Positions 55,332-63,979 of a stretch of DNA of 64,000 bases are shown here, one piece after another. The DNA is from Patescibacteria group bacterium. Lineage in GTDB: Bacteria; Patescibacteriota; Minisyncoccia; Phycocordibacterales; PALSA-1337. Positions within the stretch are counted from its first letter, which is position 1. Each line of letters begins with the position of its first letter. The notes under the pieces are model-generated. The model was not told the origin of the DNA. It made no database searches and saw nothing but the letters and a program-made list of their open reading frames with translations. The DNA lies in contig JAZKBV010000002.1 of assembly GCA_040388415.1 (NCBI GenBank), positions 136,131-200,130 on the forward strand. The letters are read 5' to 3'. Both the position numbers and the translations under genes were made by a program.

Positions 55332-55360
55332 AAAAATCCCAACTGAGTGTTGGGATTTTT
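55332..55360. terminator. Bidirectional terminator (AAAAATCCCAAC-tgagt-GTTGGGATTTTT)
   Basis: A 12 bp perfect stem lies between secY (+) and the metB-like gene (-). Confidence 0.75.
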
Positions 55361-55376
55361 CTTTGCTAGGTCGGAC

Positions 55377-56579
55377 CTAGGAGAGCACTTCAAGCCCCTT
55401 CCGTAATCCCTCCAAAATATCTTTTACATCCTCAAAGCCAACTGACAAACGAAAGAATCCATCAGTGATACCAAGTGATTCGCGAATATTCTTCGGCAGG
55501 CTTTTGTGGCTCATGAGAGGAGGATAGGCGAGGATGGTCTCTGGGCTGGCGAGGCTTTCACCATAAATGATCGGACTATGTTCACGAACTGTATCAACAA
55601 ATTTCTTGAGTTTTTTGAAACCTTGTTCACGCAGCTCAAATGAAACGACGCCGCCAAAACCATTCTCATGTTGTTTTTTGGCTACGGCATGATTTTGATG
55701 GGATACAAGTCCCGGATAATAGACTTTTTTAATCACTTTCTGTTTTTCGAGGAATTGAGCAACTATCAATGCAGTTTCGCTCACTCTCTTCCAGCGAAGC
55801 TCGAGCGTCTTTACCCCTTGGAGCACCCGATAGCACTCGTCAGGAGAGAGAACTGCGCCGAGCGTACGATGAAGAAAATTGATCTGTTCAGCGAGCTTTG
55901 GATTTTTTGTGATGATAGCGCCGCCGAGTATATCATTGTGCCCAGCGATGTATTTACTCAAACTATGGATGACCGTTTCAGCTCCGAACTCAAATACTCT
56001 GGTGGTACACGGAGGAGAGAATGTAGCATCAACGACGAACGGTATACAGGCTTTCTTTGAAACTTTTGCGACGAGCGCAAGGTCGATGATGTGTAGAGAG
56101 GGATTGGTCGGCGTTTCTACAAAGAGGTATTTTGTATTTGATTTGATGCCTTTCCAAATAGATTCTTCTGTAGAAAAATCAACGAAATCGTAAGTAATAC
56201 CAAAACGGGAAAGAAAGCCATCGAGTAATCTAAATGTTCCTCCATATACTTCCTGACAAAGCAGCACATGGTCGCCAGGGGAGAGGGTCAGAAAGAATGC
56301 TGCTTCAGCTGCCAACCCTGAACCAAATACAGTTGCTGTGCCGCCGCCTTCAAGCGCTTCCAATTTCTCTATTAGCTTATCGCGTGTTGGATTTTTACCG
56401 CGCGAGTATTGATATTCGCTCTCTCTGCCAAAGTGCTTTTGGGCAAAGGTTTTTGATCTGACGATGACTGGAGCGACTGCACCCGTCTCTCGGTCTGGTT
56501 CCTCACCAGCGTGGATAGCTAACGTTCCGAACCCGAACTGACTTCCGTGTTTCGAGAAGTCTTTTGTTTTTGTAGACAT
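55377..56579 (-). CDS. Cys/Met-metabolism PLP-dependent enzyme (cystathionine gamma-synthase, beta-lyase or O-acetylhomoserine sulfhydrylase family)
   Basis: HSLSKYIAGHNDILGGA carries the PLP-Lys (compare HSATKYLGGHSD). Length about 400 aa. Confidence 0.8.
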   Translation of the reverse strand: MSTKTKDFSKHGSQFGFGTLAIHAGEEPDRETGAVAPVIVRSKTFAQKHFGRESEYQYSRGKNPTRDKLIEKLEALEGGGTATVFGSGLAAEAAFFLTLSPGDHVLLCQEVYGGTFRLLDGFLSRFGITYDFVDFSTEESIWKGIKSNTKYLFVETPTNPSLHIIDLALVAKVSKKACIPFVVDATFSPPCTTRVFEFGAETVIHSLSKYIAGHNDILGGAIITKNPKLAEQINFLHRTLGAVLSPDECYRVLQGVKTLELRWKRVSETALIVAQFLEKQKVIKKVYYPGLVSHQNHAVAKKQHENGFGGVVSFELREQGFKKLKKFVDTVREHSPIIYGESLASPETILAYPPLMSHKSLPKNIRESLGITDGFFRLSVGFEDVKDILEGLRKGLEVLS

Positions 56580-56790
56580 AGTTATATATGTTACATAATA
56601 AATATGGCTTCGAACCATAAAACAAAACGCCTTCCGAAAGGAAAGCGCATACTATTCTTATATCGTTGTAATACGAGATATGCATCTTTCCCTTTCGGGC
56701 TAGATTGAGCACTTACTTCTTTTGAAGAGTTGCTGGTGGGTCATCGAGCTAGTTCTCTCGCCACACTCTGAATAACTATTTTGTTGTATG
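56580..56790 (-). promoter_or_regulatory. Structured 5' leader with an intrinsic terminator hairpin upstream of the metB-like gene, a candidate metabolite (SAM?) riboswitch or attenuator
   Basis: On the minus strand GCCCGAAAGGG and CGCTTTCC-tttc-GGAAGGCG plus TTTTGTTTT form a terminator in the leader, about 40 nt before the start codon. The GATGA...CCAGCAAC...GTGCTCAAT segments loosely recall the S-box. Confidence 0.35.
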
Positions 56791-56838
56791 AACATTATAC
56801 TATAGTCTGGTATACTACTTCAACTAATCAATCATCAT

Positions 56839-57432
56839 ATGTCACCACACGCATTTATTTTCGTCGGCAGATCAGGGAGCGGAAAGGGTACTCAAGTATC
56901 TTTGCTTTTAGAAGTGCTCAAACAAAAAGATCCTACACATAAGATTTTTACGGTTGAAACCGGCAAAGAACTCCGTAAATTCATCGAAGGTGATACATTT
57001 ACACAAAAGCTCGCTCATAAGATTCAGGCATCAGGCGGATTTCAGCCATCATTCCTCGCTATCTATAACTGGTCAAAAGTTTTCATTGATACATATGAAC
57101 AGGGTATGCACATGGTCCTCGATGGCACATCGCGCAGGCTCCCTGAGGCGATCGCCCTCGATTCAGTCTTCGATTTTTATGGCATAGCAAAGTGCTGGGT
57201 CGTATATCTTGATATCCATGATGAAGAAGCGACCAATCGTCTCCTTGCTCGTGGCAGGGCTGACGATACGCATGAGGGTATCAAAAACCGCTTGAGTGGT
57301 TTTGAGCAGGACATGAAGCCTTCCATCGAATTTTTCAGAAACAATAAGAGGTATGACTTCCTCGATATAAATGGTATTGGAAAGATAGATGATATCCATG
57401 CTGATATCATCTCGAAGCTTGGTTTAAAATAG
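56839..57432 (+). CDS. adk: Adenylate kinase family protein (divergent P-loop GRSGSGKGTQ)
   Basis: P-loop kinase of 197 aa in the secY-adk-map position. The VLDG motif is present. Confidence 0.7.
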   Translation: MSPHAFIFVGRSGSGKGTQVSLLLEVLKQKDPTHKIFTVETGKELRKFIEGDTFTQKLAHKIQASGGFQPSFLAIYNWSKVFIDTYEQGMHMVLDGTSRRLPEAIALDSVFDFYGIAKCWVVYLDIHDEEATNRLLARGRADDTHEGIKNRLSGFEQDMKPSIEFFRNNKRYDFLDINGIGKIDDIHADIISKLGLK

Positions 57433-57471
57433 TCATTTGCGGTAGTCCTTATTTCCTAGTAGACTGCCTCT

Positions 57472-58239
57472 ATGATTAAGATAAAGACAAAGGAAGATAT
57501 AGCTATCTTGCGCGAAGGTGGACGCCGTCATGGCGCTATTCTGCGTCAGTTGGCAGCTATGGTCGCTCCTGGTGTGCATGCGCGAGATCTTGAAAATCGT
57601 ACTCGAGAGCTTATTGCAGAGGGAGGTGATACTGCAGCTTTTCTCAACTACACTCCTTCGGGCGCCGATAGACCTTTTCCTGCAGCGCTTTGTCTCTCGA
57701 TAAATGATGAAGTCGTTCACGGTATTCCTAATGAAGAAGATAAGGTGCTCATGGAAGGTGATATCGTTACGCTCGACCTCGGCTTGGTTCACAAAGGTCT
57801 CATTACAGACGCCGCAGTAACCGTCGCAGTGGGCGCGATCACTCCTGAGCGAGCAGTGCTCCTCTCAAAGACAAAAGAAGCCCTCCAAGCCGGTATACGG
57901 GCTGCCAAAGGGGGTAAGAAGGTGGGTGATATCAGCAGTGCCATCGAACGCATCGGTATCTCAGCAAAGTTCGGCATCGTCGAAGAGCTCGCTGGTCACG
58001 GTGTTGGTTATCATGTTCACGAAGATCCATTCATACCTAACTATGGCGAAGCAGGAAAGGGTCCGCTTTTAAAACCTGGGATGGTCATTGCTATAGAACC
58101 TATTTTCAATCTTGGAGACCGACATGTTGAGCTTGATCTCGATGGGTATACATACAAGACCGTTGATGGCAGTCCAAGCGCGCATTTTGAACATACCGTA
58201 CTTATCACCAAAGGAGATGCGGAGATTTTGACGGCATAG
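57472..58239 (+). CDS. map: Methionine aminopeptidase type I
   Basis: Metal-ligand motifs are present (DIVTLDLG, HGVGYHVHE, EPI). Length 255 aa. Confidence 0.9.
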   Translation: MIKIKTKEDIAILREGGRRHGAILRQLAAMVAPGVHARDLENRTRELIAEGGDTAAFLNYTPSGADRPFPAALCLSINDEVVHGIPNEEDKVLMEGDIVTLDLGLVHKGLITDAAVTVAVGAITPERAVLLSKTKEALQAGIRAAKGGKKVGDISSAIERIGISAKFGIVEELAGHGVGYHVHEDPFIPNYGEAGKGPLLKPGMVIAIEPIFNLGDRHVELDLDGYTYKTVDGSPSAHFEHTVLITKGDAEILTA

Positions 58240-58242
58240 AAA

Positions 58243-58260
58243 TAGAGATAAGAGCCAGGA
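58243..58260 (+). repeat. 18-mer TAGAGATAAGAGCCAGGA, a second copy of the 21081 element, upstream of ndk
   Basis: 17/18 identity to 21081-21098. A TACAAT -10-like box lies at 58286-58291, 7 nt before the ndk ATG. Confidence 0.4.
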
Positions 58261-58297
58261 TGTAGGAGCTAAGAAAAAAATACGCTACAATGGCAGA

Positions 58298-58906
58298 ATG
58301 AATTCACATCCAAAGCACGAACGAACACTTGTTATTATCAAACCTGACGGCATCCAACGAGCCCTCATTGGAGAAGTTATCAGCCGCTATGAGCGTGTCG
58401 GACTCAAGCTTGTTGCCATGAAGATGGTCGTGCCAACACATGATATGGTTGAGGCACACTATACGCTCGATAAAGAATGGAAATTTAATGTTGGAAAGAA
58501 AAATATTAAGGCATACATAGATAAAGGTCTTAAACCGCCTCATGAAGACCCAATGGAACATGCGGAAATGATTTTGAAGAAGTTAAAAAATTATATGGCG
58601 AGCGGACCAGTCATACCGATGGTATGGCAAGGTGCTGATGCGGTTTCAATCGTACGTAAAATCACTGGTGGCACAGAGCCACTCTTGGCAGCGATGGGAA
58701 CTATCCGTGGTGACTATGTCCTCGATTCATACAAGATCGCGGATACTGATATCCGTGCAGTTAGAAATATCGTTCACGCATCAGGATCAGTATCAGAGGC
58801 AAATCACGAGATTAGTCACTGGTTTAAAGATGATGAGCTTGTTGACTATCGTTTGATCAGCGACGCTATCTTGTATGATGTTGATATTACATCGACAAAT
58901 AATTAA
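58298..58906 (+). CDS. ndk: Nucleoside diphosphate kinase (long form with insertion)
   Basis: ERTLVIIKPDGIQRALIGEVISRYE and NIVHASGSVSEANHEISHWF (active-site His). Length 202 aa. Confidence 0.85.
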   Translation: MNSHPKHERTLVIIKPDGIQRALIGEVISRYERVGLKLVAMKMVVPTHDMVEAHYTLDKEWKFNVGKKNIKAYIDKGLKPPHEDPMEHAEMILKKLKNYMASGPVIPMVWQGADAVSIVRKITGGTEPLLAAMGTIRGDYVLDSYKIADTDIRAVRNIVHASGSVSEANHEISHWFKDDELVDYRLISDAILYDVDITSTNN

Positions 58907-58984
58907 TTTTGTTTGTTGTCAAAGAAAATGGTGTAACGCTATATTCACACTTGCATTGTTCGTAGGGAGGAATACAATAAGTAC

Positions 58985-59120
58985 AGGTTGCGAGAGTTAA
59001 ACCCTAAACTTTTCAACGGATAGGTCGATCAGCTCTTGAAGCTAGCGTTCGCTTACACCTTGGTGTGCCAGCGATAGACCCTCCACCTAGAATATCTAGG
59101 TCTGACTCTCGCAATCCTTA
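58985..59120 (+). ncRNA. Candidate small structured RNA (about 135 nt) closed by a 10 bp long-range helix, identity unknown
   Basis: GTTGCGAGAGT (58987-58997) pairs with ACTCTCGCAA (59105-59114). Internal hairpins include AGCTCTTGAAGCT and CCTAGAataTCTAGG. The strand is uncertain. It lies between ndk and the beta-CASP gene, whose TATAAT box is at 59174. Confidence 0.3.
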
Positions 59121-59186
59121 GTAAAACATCTCTCTATCTGCTGATAGTGAGGTGTTTTACTTTACCCAAAAGGCTATAATATCCCC

Positions 59187-60545
59187 ATGAATTCAAATAA
59201 AATCATCTTCTGCACAGGCGTCGGAACAGTCACGGGCGCAAACTTCCTTTTTGAAGCTGGGGGCAAGAAGATCCTCGTTGACTGCGGCATGGTCCAAGGG
59301 GAGAGAGTGGCACAACAGCAGAACTATGAGCCGTTTGGCTATGATGTTTCATCGATCGATTTTCTTTTTATTACTCATGCTCATCTCGACCATGTGGGAC
59401 GTATCCCAAAGCTTGTCAAAGAAGGTTTCAGGGGCGTCATTTACTCGACACCAGAGACGGAAGAGCTTGCGGAGCTTGTCTTGAATGATGCGGTCAACAT
59501 TCTCACTATGGAAGCAGAACAAAATGGCATTGAACCACTCTATACAGTTGACGATGTTGCTCAAGTCTTTCCGCTCTGGAAAACGATTGCCTATCATGAA
59601 AAGTTTGAGGTGACGCCAGGTGTTTCAGTCTTTCTCAAAGATGCGGGACATATTCTCGGTTCGAGCATGTTTGAGTTTACCGTCGGAGATAAGAAGATTC
59701 TTTTTACTGGAGATTTAGGCAATTCGCCTGCACCGCTCTTGCGTGATACAGAGCCAGTAGGCGACGTCGATTATCTCATCATGGAAAGCGTCTACGGCGA
59801 CCGCAATCACAATACGCGTGAAAATCGTTTGGAAGAATTTACACATGTCATCACTGAGACGCTGGCTCGCGGAGGTACGCTGGTCATCCCTGCTTTTTCA
59901 ATTGATCGTACCCAAGTTCTACTATATGAATTGAACAACTTGGTCAAAGATAAAAAGATCCCTTCAGTACCCGTATTCCTCGACTCGCCGATGGGGGAGA
60001 AAGCTACTGCTATATATCGCGCAAGCACAGAATTTTTCAACCCAGCTGCACAACAGCAGATTCGCAATGGCGATGATGTCTTTTCATTTCCGCATCTTAC
60101 GTTCGTTGAGTCACAGCATGAGTCGCAGGGCATCGACCATTTGAAGGGCGCCAAGATCATTCTCGCTGGTTCGGGCATGTCAGTCGGCGGGCGTGTCATC
60201 GGGCATGAGCAACATTTCCTTGGTGATCCAAGGAGCACTATTCTCCTTGTTGGTTATCAAGCGTCTGGCTCGCTCGGACGTGAGCTTGCCGATGGAGGAA
60301 AGAAAGTCACTATCCATGGTCAGAAGATAGAAGTGAAAGCGCATATCGAAACGTTGTATGGGTACTCAGCTCATAAGGATGGCGATCATCTGGTGGAGTT
60401 TGTTTCTACTGGAACTGATAGGCTCAAGGAGGTGTTTGTGGTTATGGGTGAGCCAGGAGCTTCGATGCATCTCGCACAGCGTCTCAATGATGAGCTCAAT
60501 GTGAAGGCTATTGTGCCAGAGAGGATGAAGGAGTATGTGGTTTAG
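59187..60545 (+). CDS. Beta-CASP family MBL-fold ribonuclease (RNase J/TTHA0252-like)
   Basis: The MBL motif FITHAHLDHVG is present, with the beta-CASP region and a C-terminal His motif (GYSAHKD). Length 452 aa. Confidence 0.8.
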   Translation: MNSNKIIFCTGVGTVTGANFLFEAGGKKILVDCGMVQGERVAQQQNYEPFGYDVSSIDFLFITHAHLDHVGRIPKLVKEGFRGVIYSTPETEELAELVLNDAVNILTMEAEQNGIEPLYTVDDVAQVFPLWKTIAYHEKFEVTPGVSVFLKDAGHILGSSMFEFTVGDKKILFTGDLGNSPAPLLRDTEPVGDVDYLIMESVYGDRNHNTRENRLEEFTHVITETLARGGTLVIPAFSIDRTQVLLYELNNLVKDKKIPSVPVFLDSPMGEKATAIYRASTEFFNPAAQQQIRNGDDVFSFPHLTFVESQHESQGIDHLKGAKIILAGSGMSVGGRVIGHEQHFLGDPRSTILLVGYQASGSLGRELADGGKKVTIHGQKIEVKAHIETLYGYSAHKDGDHLVEFVSTGTDRLKEVFVVMGEPGASMHLAQRLNDELNVKAIVPERMKEYVV

Positions 60546-60557
60546 TTCAACAAGGCT

Positions 60558-61115
60558 ATGATCGTCTATAAAGGTAAAAATATTCAGTTGATTGCAGAAG
60601 CTAAAACAACTTCTCCTTTTGGATATTCTTCAAATAAAAACTGGGATGAGTTATTTGCCGTAGCTGAAAAGTTTGGCGATATCATTTCTATCCATACTGA
60701 TGCTCGTTGGGGCGGCTCATTTGATTTAATTAGCAAGGCAAAATCTCTGACGGATAAGCCTATTCTTGCAAAGGGTATACATGAGACTGATGATTTGATT
60801 GAGCGGGCAGTAGAGGCTGGCGCTGATTATATTTTGGTCGTTGGACGCATTCCTAAAATCCATACAGATAAGTGTCTGATCGAACCTCTGACATTAGCCG
60901 AATTAAAAACTATTCCTCATGATATGAAAGTGGTTTGGAATAGCAGAGATCTGGCCACCGGAGGATTGAAAACAGAAACCTTTGAAGAAGCAAGAAAGAT
61001 ATTTCCTGGATGGTTGTGTCAGGCCAGTAATATTAAAAGTGTGGAGGATATGCAAGAGGGAGCTGATGCGGTGTTGGTGGGGCAGGGGCTTGAGGGGTTT
61101 GTTAGGTATCTGTAG
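60558..61115 (+). CDS. Indole-3-glycerol-phosphate synthase (TrpC)-like TIM-barrel protein, short form
   Basis: Four segments align with IGPS motifs: LIAEAKTTSPFGY, ISIHTDARWGGS, PILAKGIHETDDLIERAVEAGADYILVV and NSRDLATG...GADAVLVGQGL. Length is only 185 aa. Confidence 0.5.
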   Translation: MIVYKGKNIQLIAEAKTTSPFGYSSNKNWDELFAVAEKFGDIISIHTDARWGGSFDLISKAKSLTDKPILAKGIHETDDLIERAVEAGADYILVVGRIPKIHTDKCLIEPLTLAELKTIPHDMKVVWNSRDLATGGLKTETFEEARKIFPGWLCQASNIKSVEDMQEGADAVLVGQGLEGFVRYL

Positions 61116-61171
61116 TTGTAAAAGTAACTAGAAAAGTAAGAAACAAATTTGATTCAAAAGTTGTAAACAAA

Positions 61172-61199
61172 AAACCCGCTACTTAGAGCGGGTTTCTTT
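61172..61199. terminator. Bidirectional terminator (AAACCCGCT-acttaga-GCGGGTTT plus CTTTT)
   Basis: It lies between the TrpC-like gene (+) and rplT (-). Confidence 0.7.
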
Positions 61200-61214
61200 T
61201 ATATATCTGAAAGA

Positions 61215-61568
61215 TTATTTCGTAACCGAAGCGACAACTCTCTTGAAAGCCTCAGGCTTGAACTCAGCGAGGTGAGCGAGAGCCTTGCGGTCGAGGAGGA
61301 TACCAGCTTTCTTTGCTGAACCCATCCACTTGCTGTATGAGAGCTTTGCATCGATGGCACGGAGACCAGCGTTGATCTTGACGTTCCAGAGACGGCGCAT
61401 GTCGCCCTTCTTGTCGCGACGGTGAGCGAAGGCATAGGCACCAGCGTGCTGGAGAGCTTCGATAGCAGCCTTTTCATTTGTTGAACGGCGGAAACGGAAA
61501 CCCTTCGTCTGCTTGAGGATATTACGGCGATTCTTTAATGCATTGACTCCTTTTTTGACACGTACCAT
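61215..61568 (-). CDS. rplT: 50S ribosomal protein L20
   Basis: MVRVKKGVNALKNRRNILKQTKGFRFRR is a typical L20. Confidence 0.9.
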   Translation of the reverse strand: MVRVKKGVNALKNRRNILKQTKGFRFRRSTNEKAAIEALQHAGAYAFAHRRDKKGDMRRLWNVKINAGLRAIDAKLSYSKWMGSAKKAGILLDRKALAHLAEFKPEAFKRVVASVTK

Positions 61569-61605
61569 AGTAGTAAGATTAAGTGATTAAATAAGTAAAA
61601 GGGAA

Positions 61606-61803
61606 CTAGAAACTGGTTGAAAGAAAACGACTGCGAGCCTTGTTATCCATCGTGATGACCTGTGTGCGACGCTTGCTTGTGCTTGTGCCACTGCGCTCCT
61701 TTGCATTGTAATGGTTCTGACCTGGCTTGCGAGCGATGAGCTTACCGTTCTTGGTAACCTTGATGCGCTTCAAGTATGATTTATTTGTTTTTGTTGTAGA
61801 CAT
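61606..61803 (-). CDS. rpmI: 50S ribosomal protein L35
   Basis: Basic protein of 65 aa between infC and rplT. Confidence 0.8.
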   Translation of the reverse strand: MSTTKTNKSYLKRIKVTKNGKLIARKPGQNHYNAKERSGTSTSKRRTQVITMDNKARSRFLSTSF

Positions 61804-61834
61804 GGTATTAAAAGTTATTGTTTCTTATTATTGA

Positions 61835-62341
61835 TTATTTTTTCTCCAAATACACCGTAAGTCCCTTAGGTCCCTTCACGGGTTCTTGGGCAATCTTGTA
61901 TTCGACAGTGATGAGCTTCAAGATGCGTTCGAGGCGCTCTTTGAGGAAGTTGAGATCCATGAACTTCGAGCGTCCGACGAGGTAGAGGTCCACTTTGACG
62001 CGGTTACCTTCTGACAACCACTCAGAAGCCTTTTTCGCTTTGAGTTCGAGATCATGTTCGCCAGTACCTATCTTGACCTGAACGCTTTTGAGTTCACTGA
62101 TCTGGGTACGTGCCTTGGCGACCTTCTCCTTCTTTTTTTCATCGTACTGGTACTTGCCATAATCCATAATCTTGGCAACAGGAGGGACTGCCGTAGGGGA
62201 GATCTCAATGAGATCAAGTCCGCGAGCTTTGGCCTCTGCCAATGCCTTGTCTGTGGTTATAACACCCAGGTTTTCACCTTCGGCTGTGATAACGCGCAGT
62301 TCTGGCGCTTTTATTTGGTGATTTATACGTGCTTTCATCAA
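61835..62341 (-). CDS. infC: Translation initiation factor IF-3
   Basis: INHQIKAPELRVI...GLDLIEISPTAVPPVAKIMDYGKYQY matches the IF3 N- and C-terminal domains. Confidence 0.9.
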   Translation of the reverse strand: MMKARINHQIKAPELRVITAEGENLGVITTDKALAEAKARGLDLIEISPTAVPPVAKIMDYGKYQYDEKKKEKVAKARTQISELKSVQVKIGTGEHDLELKAKKASEWLSEGNRVKVDLYLVGRSKFMDLNFLKERLERILKLITVEYKIAQEPVKGPKGLTVYLEKK

Positions 62342-62417
62342 TAGATTACAGGCTGTATTTATAGCATAGAAGTAGGCAAGAACGCAAGTGAAAAGGCGTA
62401 AGTTAGCCCTATTGGCT

Positions 62418-63497
62418 CTACAAAAACTTTCTCACAAATGTAATGAGTTTTTCCGGTATCTTCTCAATGAAGAACCGGTTTTTCCATTCAGGGTATAAGA
62501 CTTCTTTTGAATCCTGCATATCTCGGACAAAGAATGCGGCAAGCTCCTCAGCGAAGCGCCCATTACGACTGACGATGTTTGCTTCAAAGTTATAGAGCAG
62601 GCTGACTCGGTCGAGATTCATAGTGCCAACAGTTGCCCATTCACCATCGATGACAGCAGTTTTGGCATGAATCATATTTCCTGAATAGAGGAATATGCGG
62701 ACACCTGAAGAAAGAAGGGTATTGAAATATGATCGCGCACCGAGGTCGACCGCATAGTAGTTTGAGTTTTCTGGGATGATGATGCGCACATCGACGCCAC
62801 GGCGTGCTGCTAGGCGGAAGATACGGACAAGGCGACGGGTGGGGACGAAATAGGGATTAGTAATATAAATATATTTTCGAGCTGAGCGGACCGCTTCGAT
62901 GAGCTCGGTATAAATGTGGCGACGACGCGGCGCGGGGTAGTTGGTGATATAGCGGAATTCATGGTTACGGACATGGATGCGCTCGGGCATGGCGAGCGCA
63001 TGAGTAGCTCGTGCCCACATACGGTCAAATGCATTTTTCATTTCTTGCACCACTGACCCTTCGAGGCGTAGGTTGGTGTCACGCCAGCTTTGCATAGGTT
63101 CATAGACGCACATACTGCCGGTAAAGCCGATACGGTTGTCTATGACGAGCGTGCGACGGTGATTGCGGAAGAACCAGGCGCGGAAGTTAGGTATCTTCGA
63201 GTAGTCAGGTATGAGCGTTTTCCAAAAGATGAGCTCAATACCTTTCTTTTTGAGGTCCTCAGCGATGTTCGAGCCCCATAGGGTGAAGCTTCCTGCTGCG
63301 TCCCAGAGGAAGCGGACTTTTACTCCCTGGGCAGCGCGTTCGGTGCAGATGTCCATGAGTTTTTTGCCAAATTCATCTGCGACGAATATGTACTGTTCGA
63401 GGACGATACTCTCTTTTGCTTGGGCGCAGTCGGCGAGCATTGCTGCCCACGCCTCTTCATTCGATGAGTAGAGGTTCCAGGTCGTTTCGTGATTCAT
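62418..63497 (-). CDS. cls: Phospholipase D-family cardiolipin synthase-like protein (two HKD motifs)
   Basis: NHRRTLVIDNRIGFTGSMCV and MIHAKTAVIDGEWATVGTMNLD are two HxK(R)xxxxD motifs. The ORF-track frame extends to 63632. The Met at 63497 was chosen to avoid overlap with smpB. Confidence 0.75.
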   Translation of the reverse strand: MNHETTWNLYSSNEEAWAAMLADCAQAKESIVLEQYIFVADEFGKKLMDICTERAAQGVKVRFLWDAAGSFTLWGSNIAEDLKKKGIELIFWKTLIPDYSKIPNFRAWFFRNHRRTLVIDNRIGFTGSMCVYEPMQSWRDTNLRLEGSVVQEMKNAFDRMWARATHALAMPERIHVRNHEFRYITNYPAPRRRHIYTELIEAVRSARKYIYITNPYFVPTRRLVRIFRLAARRGVDVRIIIPENSNYYAVDLGARSYFNTLLSSGVRIFLYSGNMIHAKTAVIDGEWATVGTMNLDRVSLLYNFEANIVSRNGRFAEELAAFFVRDMQDSKEVLYPEWKNRFFIEKIPEKLITFVRKFL

Positions 63498-63535
63498 AAA
63501 GACAAGTATAGGGTATATAGTGTAAAGTATAAAGC

Positions 63536-63979
63536 ATGATTCTGATTGATTATCGCAAAGCCCACTTCGAATATGAGATCCTCGAGAAATACGAGGCTGG
63601 CATCGAGCTGCTCGGTTTCGAGGTAAAGTCACTCAGAAACAAGCATGGTTCACTCGATGGTGCATATGTTCTCGTAAAAGGAGGGGAGGCTTTCATTCAA
63701 AACATGCTTATCTCTCCATATCAGGAGAAGAATACGCCGAAGGATTATGAGCCTCGTCGTCATCGTCGGTTGATAATGAGGAAGAAGGAAATTGCTGCAA
63801 TCGCGGACACGGAGAAGGGTTTGACAGTAGTGCCAATTTCACTGTATACTAAGAATAATCTTATCAAGGTCACGGTTGCTCTCGTTCGTGGAAAGAAGAA
63901 ATATGACAAGAGGGAAACGACGAAGAAGCGTGAGGCTGATAGGGAAATGGGCAGAACGTTGAGAACTAAACTTCAGTAG
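63536..63979 (+). CDS. smpB: SsrA-binding protein SmpB
   Basis: IDYRKAHFEYEILEKYEAGIELLGFEVKSLR... is a typical SmpB. Length 147 aa. Confidence 0.9.
   Translation: MILIDYRKAHFEYEILEKYEAGIELLGFEVKSLRNKHGSLDGAYVLVKGGEAFIQNMLISPYQEKNTPKDYEPRRHRRLIMRKKEIAAIADTEKGLTVVPISLYTKNNLIKVTVALVRGKKKYDKRETTKKREADREMGRTLRTKLQ

Noticed and set aside
56580-56790. Confident SAM-I (S-box) riboswitch call
   Set aside because: Only fragmentary resemblance (GATGA, CCAGCAAC, GTGCTCAAT) was seen. The P1 or kink-turn and the conserved GGAGGGA and GCCC motifs could not be located. It is reported only as a candidate pending an Infernal scan.
58985-59120. SRP (4.5S) RNA or tmRNA identity for the structured intergenic element
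   Set aside because: The conserved SRP helix-8 motif (GGAA tetraloop with AGCAGC) and the tmRNA T-arm or GGTTCGA-type motifs are absent. The region was kept only as a generic candidate ncRNA.
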